NCBI GenBank assembly: GCA_049521735.1
Contig: JBEKON010000001.1
Span: 16,351-80,350 of the forward strand
Direction: 5' to 3'
DNA from: Verrucomicrobiota bacterium
GTDB taxonomy: Bacteria; Verrucomicrobiota; Verrucomicrobiia; Limisphaerales; UBA11358
DNA: 64,000 nt
Part shown: in pieces, positions 55,441-64,000 of the stretch
Position numbering within the stretch: position 1 is the stretch's first letter
Layout: each line of letters starts with the position of its first letter
The notes under the pieces: generated by a model
Told to the model about the DNA's origin: nothing
Database searches by the model: none
Seen by the model: only the letters and a program-made list of their open reading frames with translations
Position numbers and translations under genes: made by a program

Positions 55441-57036
55441 TCAGCCTAAACTATATCTGCAATTGAATAAGGAGTGACTTGGAGTTTTTGAAATCCTGTG
55501 ATTCCGGCTTGCCGCTAAATGCTCAATAACTTTAAATATAACTTCTATATCATCTTCTGCTCCAATAGCTTTTGAAATTTCTGACACGGTAAATAACTCT
55601 TTTGGTTTCTCGGAAAGATAGGTCAGAATTTTTCTTTGGATCTCGACGACTTGGCTGGCTGCTTTCTTGCCGGCTTCAACACCCGGTTGATGATAAGCGT
55701 TGATGTTGACCAACGACGCATAAAATCCAACGGTGCGCTCGAACAGTGCTATCAACATTCCCACGGTTCGTGCAGAAATGTCCCTCACAGTAATTGTCAG
55801 GGATTCCCGGCCTTTTTCCGCAAGAGCCTGCCGGGTGCCCAAGTAAAATCCATTCAGAAAATCTCCGGCCGTCACTTTGTCCTCGACCATCAAACTCGAG
55901 TTATGACCGTCGCCCAAAACTTCGATAAAGGTGACAAAAAAATCGTCCAATCCATCCCTCAGTTGCTGTATGTAAGAATGTTGATCTGTGGAACCTTTAT
56001 TGCCAAAGACCGTGATCCCCTGATTGACGACATTTCGATTCAAATCCAATTCTTTGCCCAATGACTCCATAACGAGTTGCTGAAGGTATCTTGAAAACAG
56101 CTCTAGGCGGTCTTTATACGGTAAAACGACCATATTTTTGATTCCTTTACCGTTACCGGATTCAAACCAAGCCAAAGCCAATTGTAATGCCGGATTGGTT
56201 TTGATACTCTTGTTCATGGTAAGCCTATCAATTTCACAAGCTCCAGACAACAAGTCACTTATATTAAATCCTTGCAAGGCCGCTGGAAGTAATCCAACAG
56301 CAGATAACTCGCTCGTTCGTCCTCCGACCCAATCCCACATCGGGAAACATGACAGCCATTTATTTTGAATCGCGAATTTATCGAGATCACTTCCTTTCAT
56401 GGTTATGGCAACGGCGTGTGAACCGAAATCAAGAGATGCTTGTTGATATGCGGCTTTTGCGACCAGCATCCCGTTGCGCGTTTCCTTTGTGCCGCCGGAT
56501 TTTGAAATGACGATGCACAGTGTTCGGTTTAAATCACCGCCAATTGTGGCTAAAACTCGATTCATGCCGTCTGGGTCCGTGTTGTCAAAAAAATGTGGAT
56601 TGAGCTTGTCCGTGCGCGGATCGCCCAGAGCATGGGCGACAAATTGCGGACCTAGCGCGGAACCGCCAATGCCAACCAGCAAATAATTCTTAAATGCACC
56701 GCCTTTGCCGCAGATTTCTCCAGTGTGAATTTTAGAGGCGAAGTCTTCGGTCCGTTTGACAGTTTCCTCGATTTCCTTGCGAATTTCCGGTGTTGGCGCG
56801 AGCGCGGGATTCCGCAGCCAATAGTGCCCGACCATGCGATTTTCATCGGGATTGGCGATCGCGCCTTTTTCCAATGCCGCCATGTCGGCCAGCGCTTTTT
56901 GCGCGCGTGATTCCATGCCGGCGAAAAATTTGTCGGTCACATTCATCCGGCTTAAATCCATGGCCAGGCCGGCTTCAGGAAACTCGGTGTAATACTTTTG
57001 GAACCGCTCCCACCATTGCAACTTAGGGTTGTTCAT
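55441..57036 (-). CDS. pgi: glucose-6-phosphate isomerase
   Basis: [21 protein letters not shown] and [15 protein letters not shown] motifs. Start at ATG 57036. Confidence 0.9.
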   Translation of the reverse strand: MNNPKLQWWERFQKYYTEFPEAGLAMDLSRMNVTDKFFAGMESRAQKALADMAALEKGAIANPDENRMVGHYWLRNPALAPTPEIRKEIEETVKRTEDFASKIHTGEICGKGGAFKNYLLVGIGGSALGPQFVAHALGDPRTDKLNPHFFDNTDPDGMNRVLATIGGDLNRTLCIVISKSGGTKETRNGMLVAKAAYQQASLDFGSHAVAITMKGSDLDKFAIQNKWLSCFPMWDWVGGRTSELSAVGLLPAALQGFNISDLLSGACEIDRLTMNKSIKTNPALQLALAWFESGNGKGIKNMVVLPYKDRLELFSRYLQQLVMESLGKELDLNRNVVNQGITVFGNKGSTDQHSYIQQLRDGLDDFFVTFIEVLGDGHNSSLMVEDKVTAGDFLNGFYLGTRQALAEKGRESLTITVRDISARTVGMLIALFERTVGFYASLVNINAYHQPGVEAGKKAASQVVEIQRKILTYLSEKPKELFTVSEISKAIGAEDDIEVIFKVIEHLAASRNHRISKTPSHSLFNCRYSLG

Positions 57037-57174
57037 AAGATTTATCAGGGCGTAGTTGAATAAAATTGATAACGGTCTCTGGCAAGAAAATTGCGCAACG
57101 AGCTTTATGCGAAGATGCAAAGGCCGGACTAAAGGGGAAATCCTTCAAACGCCGCAAATGACCCAAACGACTGC

Positions 57175-58905
57175 TTACTTCGCCGGTAGCGTAACAATAA
57201 TGCTTGTGCCGTGATTGAGGCGGGATTTGATTCGGATGTTGCCGCGATGCGTTTCGATGATGCGGCCGACGATGGCCAGGCCGAGTCCGGTGCCTTTGGC
57301 TTTCGTCGTGCTCAACACCGCCGTGAAGGCGCGCTGTTGGATTTCCCTGCTCATGCCCTTGCCGGTGTCCTTGCATTCCACCAGGACGTGTGTTGGTTTT
57401 TCACTCGAACGCGGCAGGCGAACGGCGCAGGATTTAATCGTGAGTGTGCCGCCGCCCGGCATCGCTTCGGCGGCGTTGAGAATCAGATTTAAAAACATTT
57501 GCTCAAGCTGCGTCGTGTCGCCCATCACGGCAGGCAAATCCGGCTGCAATTTGCGAATCAATTTAATGTTCTGGTTCGCCAGCTTGTGACGCACAAGCAA
57601 TCCAAGTTCGTCGATCAATTCATTTAGATTCACCGGCGCGAGTTGCGGCTCGGTCGTGCGCGCGAAGGCGAGAATTTGTTCCACGATTTTGTTCAAGTGC
57701 TCGATTTTTGCGTCAATGAGCCGGGCGTCTTTCGCGCGCGGGTCGCCATCGGGAAATTTCAAATTCAGCGAGTGATACAGCAGCTTCATCACCGTGAGCG
57801 GATTGCGGATTTCGTGCGCGACTTCGGCGGCGAGCAGACCCAACGCGGAAAGCTTTTCGTTTTGTCGCAATTGTTCCTCCACATCCACGATGCGTTCGTA
57901 GAGCCGCGCCTTTTCAATCGCGATGGCCGATAATTCAGCCAGTGCGCTCAAAATGCGAATCTCCTCGTTTGAAAAATTGTAAGGCCGCCCGGTGTAGACG
58001 CTCAACGTGCCGGTCGCCTGACCGGCAAACAACAGTGGGACGCTTAAGAGTGAGATCAATCCTTCGCGCCGCGCCATTTCGACGTTTTGATAGCGGCCGG
58101 ATGTTTGAACATTCCCCACTTGCAACGGTTTTTTGCGGCGCACAACGACGCCGAGAACGCCGTCTTCGACGCTTAATCGCGGCTTTTTAAGATACGCTTC
58201 GCCCGCACCGTGACTTGCGCGCAAATCAAGCCACTTACGGCTTTCGTCAAGCATCATCAGCGAACACATTCGCGCACGCATCAACACGCAAGCTTCGCGC
58301 GTGATGACGCGCAGTGTTTCATCCAGGTTCAAAGTCGAATTGATTGTGCGGCTTACGCTGGCCAGCGATTCAAAAAGGCGGGCTTTCAACCGTAATTGTT
58401 CGTAGAGCCAGGTGTTGTGAATCACTTTGGCCGCCTGCACCGCCAATTCCTGAAGCAATCCCTGATCGTCCTCGCTGAAGGCGTCCACGCGATCCGAATC
58501 CACGTTGAGCACGCCGCGCGTTTCACCGTTCACTTCCAGCGGCACAGCCAGTTCCGACCGCACGCCGCGCCGCGCCGCGACGTAATGTGCGTCCTGTGTC
58601 ACGTCGCCGACGCGCGCGGGTTTGCCCGTGCGCGCGACCCGGCCGGTGACGCCTTCGCCAATCCGCAATTGCAACCGCGAAGCGCTGGGCGGCAATCCCT
58701 GCGACGCGTGGATTTCCAGAAAACCCGAAGTGGGATTGATTAAAACGACGGAACCACTGGACGCTCGCATGAGGCGAACGGCTTCGCCAACGATGAGTTG
58801 CAAGGCCTCCTGTGGTTCGAGTGTTGAGTGAATGACATTGCTCACTTGATAGAGCAGGTTCAGACGCTCGTAACGCGACGTCAGCTTTGAAAGCTCGTCA
58901 TTCAC
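57175..58905 (-). CDS. cytoplasmic sensor histidine kinase with tandem GAF domains
   Basis: Two GAF-like regions, then H-box EVAHEIRNPL, N-box LILNAAEAM, and G boxes DTGKGM and GTGLGL. GTG start at 58905. There is no adjacent response regulator. Confidence 0.85.
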   Translation of the reverse strand: MNDELSKLTSRYERLNLLYQVSNVIHSTLEPQEALQLIVGEAVRLMRASSGSVVLINPTSGFLEIHASQGLPPSASRLQLRIGEGVTGRVARTGKPARVGDVTQDAHYVAARRGVRSELAVPLEVNGETRGVLNVDSDRVDAFSEDDQGLLQELAVQAAKVIHNTWLYEQLRLKARLFESLASVSRTINSTLNLDETLRVITREACVLMRARMCSLMMLDESRKWLDLRASHGAGEAYLKKPRLSVEDGVLGVVVRRKKPLQVGNVQTSGRYQNVEMARREGLISLLSVPLLFAGQATGTLSVYTGRPYNFSNEEIRILSALAELSAIAIEKARLYERIVDVEEQLRQNEKLSALGLLAAEVAHEIRNPLTVMKLLYHSLNLKFPDGDPRAKDARLIDAKIEHLNKIVEQILAFARTTEPQLAPVNLNELIDELGLLVRHKLANQNIKLIRKLQPDLPAVMGDTTQLEQMFLNLILNAAEAMPGGGTLTIKSCAVRLPRSSEKPTHVLVECKDTGKGMSREIQQRAFTAVLSTTKAKGTGLGLAIVGRIIETHRGNIRIKSRLNHGTSIIVTLPAK

Positions 58906-58913
58906 TTATTCGA

Positions 58914-59001
58914 TTTTGAGTTTTGAATTTTAAGTTTTTAGTTGTTTCATGCCCACGACCAAATTTTTTGCGACTCAAAATTCAAAATTTAGAACTAAAA
59001 A
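58914..59001. repeat. AT-rich inverted arms of four heptamers each (TTTTGAG TTTTGAA TTTTAAG TTTTTAG ... CTCAAAA TTCAAAA TTTAGAA CTAAAAA)
   Basis: Read directly at 58914..58941 and 58974..59001. It fills the gap between the lptF/G-like stop and the GAF kinase start. Confidence 0.85.
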
Positions 59002-59002
59002 T

Positions 59003-60172
59003 TTATCTGACGCGCGTGATTAGCAACAAGCCCGTCGTGCCAAACGCCAGATTCGGCAGCCACGCCGCCAGCCACGCAGGCAAAAAACCACCCGTGCCCA
59101 GCGCCAGCCCGACTTGCTGGAGCACGAAGAAAGTGAAACAAATGAAAATACTGCCCGCCACACCGACAAAAAGATTTCGCCGGCCCGACGCCGTGCCAAA
59201 TGGAATCGCGATCAGCACCACGACCAGGCAGGTCCATGGCATGGCCAGCCGTCCATACAATTCCGTGAACAGCCAAAAACTATGTTTGAACTCCGGGTTG
59301 GGGTGATTGGAAAGCAGCCAAAAATGATTCGGGCGCACCAGATTGGGATGTAGCCGCAAATCCTCCAAAAGGACCACCAGTGGGATGTTTAATTTACGCG
59401 ACTGAAGACTTTCATATTTGTTGATTTCGATTTCCCTCTGAATTTCTTTGGGAGTTTCATCAAATGCCGGCATCGCCAGCACATTTGTTTGAAAGAGCGG
59501 CAACAGCGGCGCGGTCGTGTCCACTTGCGCGTATTCCTTCACGTTAAAAAACATCCAAACGCCGTTCACGCGAACCGCGCGCGCTGCCTGCAACTGCCGC
59601 CACGAGCCGTTGGGCAGGGTCCAGCTCACCTTCGGACCGAACATTTCGGCGGTTTCAGGATTATATTCGCCGATAAACCACGTGCGAGTGTGATGTTCGC
59701 GCGCATTGGTGAAACCGAAGTTGCGGAATTGATTTCGCGCGCCGGGGTCATTTGAATTTTGCACATAGCGATTCTTGATGCATTCCGCCCACCCCGTGCT
59801 GTATGGCACACAAAATTCATTCAACGCAAACAACGCAAGACTCGCGATGAATCCCACGACAAAATATGGCACGCATAATCGCCACAGACTCACGCCCGCC
59901 GCGCGCGTGGCGGTGATTTCGTTGTGCCGCGCGTGGTTCGTGAGCGTGTAAAGCAACGCGAGGAGCAGCGCGATTGGCAGCACCATCACCAAAAATTCCG
60001 GTGTCATGGCGATGGAATACCCGATGACATCGAGCAAATGCAATTTACGCTCCTGCATTTCGTTCAGTTCGGTGAACAAGTCATAGGAAATCCAGAAAAT
60101 CAGGAAGCCGCCGAGGCAATACGCCAGCGGCGTGAGCAGTTCGCGCATCAAATATCGGTCGAGCAACCGCAT
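59003..60172 (-). CDS. LptF/LptG-family LPS export permease
   Basis: MRLLDRYLMRELLTPLAYCLGGFLIFW N-terminus, with a 6-TM plus periplasmic-domain layout. Start at ATG 60172. Confidence 0.85.
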   Translation of the reverse strand: MRLLDRYLMRELLTPLAYCLGGFLIFWISYDLFTELNEMQERKLHLLDVIGYSIAMTPEFLVMVLPIALLLALLYTLTNHARHNEITATRAAGVSLWRLCVPYFVVGFIASLALFALNEFCVPYSTGWAECIKNRYVQNSNDPGARNQFRNFGFTNAREHHTRTWFIGEYNPETAEMFGPKVSWTLPNGSWRQLQAARAVRVNGVWMFFNVKEYAQVDTTAPLLPLFQTNVLAMPAFDETPKEIQREIEINKYESLQSRKLNIPLVVLLEDLRLHPNLVRPNHFWLLSNHPNPEFKHSFWLFTELYGRLAMPWTCLVVVLIAIPFGTASGRRNLFVGVAGSIFICFTFFVLQQVGLALGTGGFLPAWLAAWLPNLAFGTTGLLLITRVR

Positions 60173-60260
60173 CTTGATACAAGGTAAACGGCGCGGCACG
60201 AATGGGGCAAGCCTTGTTGAGAGGCGAACCGATTAATTTCTTGACTTTCGTCAATGGCTA

Positions 60261-60983
60261 TTGCAAAGTAATATTGTGAGTCCAAGTGGACAGGAATTGT
60301 ATCGGGTTCGTGATATCGACAACATGGTGTATGGTCCGGTAGACTTGAACGGCTTGATTCAGTGGATTCAGGAAAAACGGGTGCTGCCGGAGACACTAAT
60401 CCATGTCGAGGCCGAAAGCCGTTGGCATCAAGCCCAGGATTACGCGCCGCTGCAAAAATACTTTTCATCCCAGCCAGAACCGGCGCCGGGAGCCGTTCAC
60501 CTCGACCGAACCGTTGACATCAGCCCCGAAGAACTCCGCCAGTTCCCGATGTTTTCCAATTTGTCGCACGAACAACTGCAACAGCTTGCAGCTTTGAGCT
60601 ATTCCTTTGAAGTCGCGCCCGGGAAACTGGTCGTCAAACAGGGTGAACCTTGTGACGCAATTTACTTCGTCTTGTCCGGCGCGTTGCGCGTTCGATTGCT
60701 CGCTGGCGAAAAAAATGAAACCACTCTTCGCCGGATTTACGGCGGCGAATTTTTCGGCGAAGTCGGCATGTTTCTCCAAAGCACGCGGATGGCGGATGTG
60801 GTGGCCGATACCAAGGCACGATTGTTGCGAATTTCGTCGAATACCTTCCAAAAGCTGATCAAGGAAACCCCGGAATTGGCCGGGCCGCTCTTGTTTTCAC
60901 TTGCTGCTACGATGGCGCAGCACATGGCCGAAGACCATCGGAAATCTTCACGGGGAATGACCTCGGAACTTCGGTGGCATTGA
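60261..60983 (+). CDS. GYF_2 (DUF4339)-like N-terminal domain fused to a cyclic-nucleotide-binding domain
   Basis: The N-terminus YRVRDIDNMVYGPVDLNGLIQWIQEKRVLPETLI is GYF_2-like. The cNMP-binding fold has FGEVGMFLQSTRMADVVA. The track start is TTG, so the exact start is uncertain. Confidence 0.7.
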   Translation: MQSNIVSPSGQELYRVRDIDNMVYGPVDLNGLIQWIQEKRVLPETLIHVEAESRWHQAQDYAPLQKYFSSQPEPAPGAVHLDRTVDISPEELRQFPMFSNLSHEQLQQLAALSYSFEVAPGKLVVKQGEPCDAIYFVLSGALRVRLLAGEKNETTLRRIYGGEFFGEVGMFLQSTRMADVVADTKARLLRISSNTFQKLIKETPELAGPLLFSLAATMAQHMAEDHRKSSRGMTSELRWH

Positions 60984-60984
60984 A

Positions 60985-61336
60985 TGGTGGAGGCGGCGGG
61001 AATTGAACCCGCGTCCCTGGCAAACAAACCAGCCGCGACTACATGCTTAGTCCGGAAAATTTTTTCTGCTGTGCGATGGCGTCCGGACTCGAATCGCACC
61101 GCCTAGTCCGCATGGAATTTTCTCGGCTGCCGGCGCGCGGTCTCCGCCTTCAGCCATGCCTGCCATGGCGTTCATCCGGCGTAGCAGGTGTCCACCGGCG
61201 AACGTCGCGGCGCTTAGGCCGCGAGAGCTAATTCTTGGTTAGCTGTTTTGTTTGATGCGATGATTAACGAGGCCAACGCATCGTCCTCGGCATGCCGCCT
61301 CTGGCGCATTCCCCAGGTCGAAACCAGTGCGCCCCC
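60985..61336 (-). ncRNA. ssrA: tmRNA (ssrA), one-piece
   Basis: The 5' end is GGGGGCGCACTGGTTTCGACC and the 3' end is GGTTCAATTCCCGCCGCCTCCACCA, with acceptor pairing that includes G3-U. The tag ORF GCA TCA AAC AAA ACA GCT AAC CAA GAA TTA GCT CTC GCG GCC TAA (61258..61214) encodes ASNKTANQELALAA. The resume codon is tentative. Confidence 0.9.
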
Positions 61337-61394
61337 AAACGGACATCTACATTTTCATGCTTAACACCTGAAAGGTCAAGGCGTGCGGTGAAAA

Positions 61395-61586
61395 TCAGTC
61401 CGCTTCAAAAATCTCCTCAATTTTCGCTTTAAACAAACGTGCCACCTTGAAAGCCAGCGGCAAACTCGGATCATATTTTTCGGTCTCGATGGCATTGACG
61501 GTCTGGCGCGAGACACCGAGTTTGTCGGCGAGGTCGGACTGCGACCATTCTTTGGCTGCGCGCAATTCGCGCAGTTTGTTTTTCAT
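61395..61586 (-). CDS. small XRE-family (Cro/C1-type) HTH transcriptional regulator
   Basis: LRELRAAKEWSQSDLADKLGVSRQTVNAIETEKYDPSLPLAFKVARLF is the classic HTH_3 pattern. 63 aa. Confidence 0.9.
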   Translation of the reverse strand: MKNKLRELRAAKEWSQSDLADKLGVSRQTVNAIETEKYDPSLPLAFKVARLFKAKIEEIFEAD

Positions 61587-61969
61587 TTATACCTCCGCCA
61601 TGAAAAGATGGCTCCAATCCCGTAGTAGGCCCACATGATGTAAAACGCCCATTCCGCATGAAATTCCGGTGCGTGCATGTCGCGGAGAAACAAATAACTG
61701 AAACAGGTGAAACCTGTGGCAATTCCCGAAAAGGCCGCCGCTTCAGTGACAACTTTTCTTTGCAGTTCATCCAATCCCTCCGAAACAAAGCGGATGGTGG
61801 TGGCGGCAATGTAAATAATCGGCAACACCGGCAATAGAATCAGCCAATATCTATGTGGCAATTTGTCTGAATCGAAGTGGTTCAGCGCGCAAAGTCCCAA
61901 CGCATAGGCAAAGAATCCGACAGTCATCCGTAAAACATATTTTTTAAAGTGCGTTTTCATAAATTTCAT
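61583..61969 (-). CDS. membrane protein (four hydrophobic segments) coupled to the XRE regulator
   Basis: 128-aa ORF whose stop overlaps the XRE start by 4 nt. No family recognised. Confidence 0.55.
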   Translation of the reverse strand: MKFMKTHFKKYVLRMTVGFFAYALGLCALNHFDSDKLPHRYWLILLPVLPIIYIAATTIRFVSEGLDELQRKVVTEAAAFSGIATGFTCFSYLFLRDMHAPEFHAEWAFYIMWAYYGIGAIFSWRRYK

Positions 61970-61989
61970 TTGAATGGTTCACAAGTTGA

Positions 61990-62886
61990 TCACTTGAGGA
62001 ATGCGTCCACCTGGGCTGCAAATTTTTCGGGCTGGTCAAGCATGACGAAGTGGAACGAGCCATCAATGCGGACTATTTTTTTGTCTGGCAGAGCGGCATA
62101 GTTTTCCTGGTAAAGCCGGTCGGAAGCCGCTGGCGGAATGCCGGCCAGGGAATCCCAGGCATGGAGTATCGTCACCGGCGTTTTTATTTTGTGCAGTTGG
62201 GGGCGGATGTCAGTCGTCATGTCCTCATACATGGCGCGGGCCACGACTGATTTGTCGGACGCAACCGCCCATCGGGTTGCCTGCTTGCATCCATCCGGGG
62301 ATTTGACGAGTGCGTGCATGAAGGCGGTTTCACTTTTGGCGTAGTCATCCTGCGTTTGAGCGAGGATGCTGTCGCGCATGGCGGCGGCTTGCGGTGCCAC
62401 GGTGGCAGGGTCTTTCGCGCCGAATAGCGCACCATAAAAGGGCAGTGAATCCACAATCATCAGTCCAGCCACGTCTTCCGGATGCTGAAACGCCAGCATG
62501 CTGCCCATGAGTCCGCCAAGCGAATGACCAATCACCCTCGGCGCTTGCAGCTTGTTAGTCTTGATGTAGGCGTCAATGGCATCCACCGTCGGCTGCATCA
62601 TCGGACCTTGCGCGTTTGCCTGCGGCGGCGAACCGGCAAATCCGGCCACTTGGATGATGTGCAGGCGGAAATGATTTTCCAAATGGCTGGCAGTGGCATC
62701 CCACACCGCGCCCGAAGTGGCGAGTCCGGGTATGAGCAGCACGTCCGGGCCATGTCCCCGGACGGTGACAGTGATGCGGTCTGAAACAACATCCGCAGCG
62801 GCGGTGAAAACCTGCCACGTCAGAGCGACGGTTAACAAAGCGATGAATTTGCTTCTGTGCATGAGATTGTTTTTCATAAAATTCAT
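61990..62886 (-). CDS. secreted alpha/beta-fold hydrolase
   Basis: Signal-peptide-like start at ATG 62886 (MNFMKNNLMHRSKFIALLTVALTWQVFTAAA) and the nucleophile elbow VIGHSLGG. It overlaps the upstream stop as ATGA. Confidence 0.8.
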   Translation of the reverse strand: MNFMKNNLMHRSKFIALLTVALTWQVFTAAADVVSDRITVTVRGHGPDVLLIPGLATSGAVWDATASHLENHFRLHIIQVAGFAGSPPQANAQGPMMQPTVDAIDAYIKTNKLQAPRVIGHSLGGLMGSMLAFQHPEDVAGLMIVDSLPFYGALFGAKDPATVAPQAAAMRDSILAQTQDDYAKSETAFMHALVKSPDGCKQATRWAVASDKSVVARAMYEDMTTDIRPQLHKIKTPVTILHAWDSLAGIPPAASDRLYQENYAALPDKKIVRIDGSFHFVMLDQPEKFAAQVDAFLK

Positions 62887-63377
62887 TGGTAGCGGCGGTT
62901 GAGGATGGCGTAGCCGAGAAAATAAAAGCCCAACACCAGTGAAATCGGGAAACTGGCGGTCTGGAAATGTGAACCGAGGTGCAGATGGGCCGGCAGCACC
63001 CCGGCTTGAAAAACGCCCGCCTTGTCCAGGATATGCCAAGTCGAGACCACAAAGAGAGTCACGCCGGTCGCAAAGAGACACGCTTCCACCGACACCCGGC
63101 GATGCATTTCATCCATGCCGCGCACCCAGCGCACAAAATCCCGCACCCAAAGCAGACTGATGAGCAACGGAACCAGCGCGATGATCGCCCGTTGGGCCAC
63201 AGTCCATTCCCGGGGCAGGGAGAGCAACTGGTCGCCCGCCCACGACAGGATCATGGCCACAAAGGCCCAGGTGTTCGCTTTTAAGTTCGCCCGCAACGAA
63301 TAACTCGGGCCAAACATGATTTCTTCCGGAAGATTTGGTTTGTCATTCATGCAGCCAGTGTAAAGCATACTTGTCAT
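62883..63377 (-). CDS. membrane protein, function unknown
   Basis: 164-aa ORF with four hydrophobic segments. The start is uncertain (alternative MNDKPNL). Confidence 0.5.
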   Translation of the reverse strand: MTSMLYTGCMNDKPNLPEEIMFGPSYSLRANLKANTWAFVAMILSWAGDQLLSLPREWTVAQRAIIALVPLLISLLWVRDFVRWVRGMDEMHRRVSVEACLFATGVTLFVVSTWHILDKAGVFQAGVLPAHLHLGSHFQTASFPISLVLGFYFLGYAILNRRYQ

Positions 63378-63550
63378 ATGTCAAGCATTCTTTACATTTA
63401 TTTTTAAGTGAAAAAAGGCTGGAAATCCGGGTGTTTCTTTCAAATCACGCGCCAGCGTCCTGGACTGCGGTGGCCCTCCACCGCTTTTCGAACCACCCAA
63501 AGCGCCAGGGGGCTGGCGCACTCCAAAACGCTTCGCGACGTTCGCACCTC

Positions 63551-63586
63551 CAAACAAAAACGAGGCTGGAATTGTTCCCAGCCTCG
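63551..63586 (-). terminator. rho-independent terminator
   Basis: The minus-strand RNA has a CGAGGCTGG / CCAGCCTCG 9-bp stem (63578..63586 with 63561..63569) and an 8-nt loop, followed by TTTTTGTTTG. It lies 24 nt past the stop at 63610. Confidence 0.7.
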
Positions 63587-63609
63587 CTCGCTTTCGATTC
63601 CGTCGAACG

Positions 63610-64000
63610 TTATTGCTCCACGCCGACGCGGTAGAAGCGAGCATTGCCCGGAAGAACGGCTGTATCGGTTTGGGTGTTGGTGGGCGCGGTGGCGGCAATG
63701 TTCGTGCTGACAATGGAATTGAAGCCTGTCAGCAGGTTGGTGGAACGTTCAAGCCAATAGGTCTTTCCAGCAACGCTCGGCCAGCCCAGCACGACGGCGT
63801 TGGAGTTGGTGGCAGACAACACCGTCAGCTGCAGGCAGGAGGCGGCATTGGTCGGATTCGTTCCTGCTACCCACTCCGCCAGATTGCTCATGCCGTCGTG
63901 ATCGGGGTCGGCGTTCGGGTCGGTGCCGGTCAGATGGCCGAAATACTCAAGTTCCCACCAATCCGGCAGGCCATTGCTGTCGGTATCCACCATGCGTTGC
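63610..64000 (-). CDS. C-terminal part of a large secreted or surface protein (5' end beyond the window)
   Basis: The frame stays open to the window edge. It has a thrombospondin-type-3-like DSNGLPDWWE and DPNADPDHDGMSN calcium-binding repeats. A beta-rich terminal domain ends in ARFYRVGVEQ. Confidence 0.6.
   Translation of the reverse strand, partial: QRMVDTDSNGLPDWWELEYFGHLTGTDPNADPDHDGMSNLAEWVAGTNPTNAASCLQLTVLSATNSNAVVLGWPSVAGKTYWLERSTNLLTGFNSIVSTNIAATAPTNTQTDTAVLPGNARFYRVGVEQ

Overview
This is a 64-kb chromosomal window from a GC-rich bacterium. Hand counts of single 60-nt lines give about 33-39 GC per 60 nt in most genes. Gene content and the short intergenic repeats suggest a PVC-group or Verrucomicrobiota-like organism, but that is a low-confidence inference. 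I support about 60 protein genes, tRNA-Leu(TAG), tRNA-Gln(TTG) and a one-piece tmRNA. I recognised no rRNA, CRISPR array, transposase, integrase or phage genes.

Gene layout:
- 1-16.9 kb: 15 co-directional minus-strand genes. They are a truncated acyl-CoA dehydrogenase, an Arn-like lipid-linked aminosugar module, a lower-GC type II restriction-modification pair, trpB, pntAA/AB/B, trpF and feoAB.
- 16.9-17.2 kb: an AT-rich gap with two DnaA-box-like 9-mers, followed by dnaN.
- 18-40 kb: thrS, an MFS transporter, two two-component systems (one NtrC-type), tsaC, a MacAB-like efflux pump, trpD, proC, prfA, rpmE and a radical SAM gene.
- 40-53 kb: a tightly coupled minus-strand array. In transcription order it is rpiB, pgm, glgP, ackA, xfp and class I fba, ending in a P3A proton-ATPase gene.
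- 53-64 kb: a low-GC mnmG-pgi block, a GAF histidine kinase, lptF/G, a GYF/cNMP protein, ssrA and a small XRE/membrane/hydrolase cluster.

Most notable observations:
- Several families of short intergenic repeats, built from 3-4 tandem 7-10-mers in inverted arms, plus GTAGG-hairpin (REP/REPIN-like) pairs.
- A frame-shifting heptamer tract inside the ArnT-like gene.
- The restriction-modification pair sits where trpA would normally follow trpB.
- The glycogen-phosphoketolase-acetate kinase array with its terminal proton pump.

Long ORFs antisense to these genes were treated as GC-driven artefacts.
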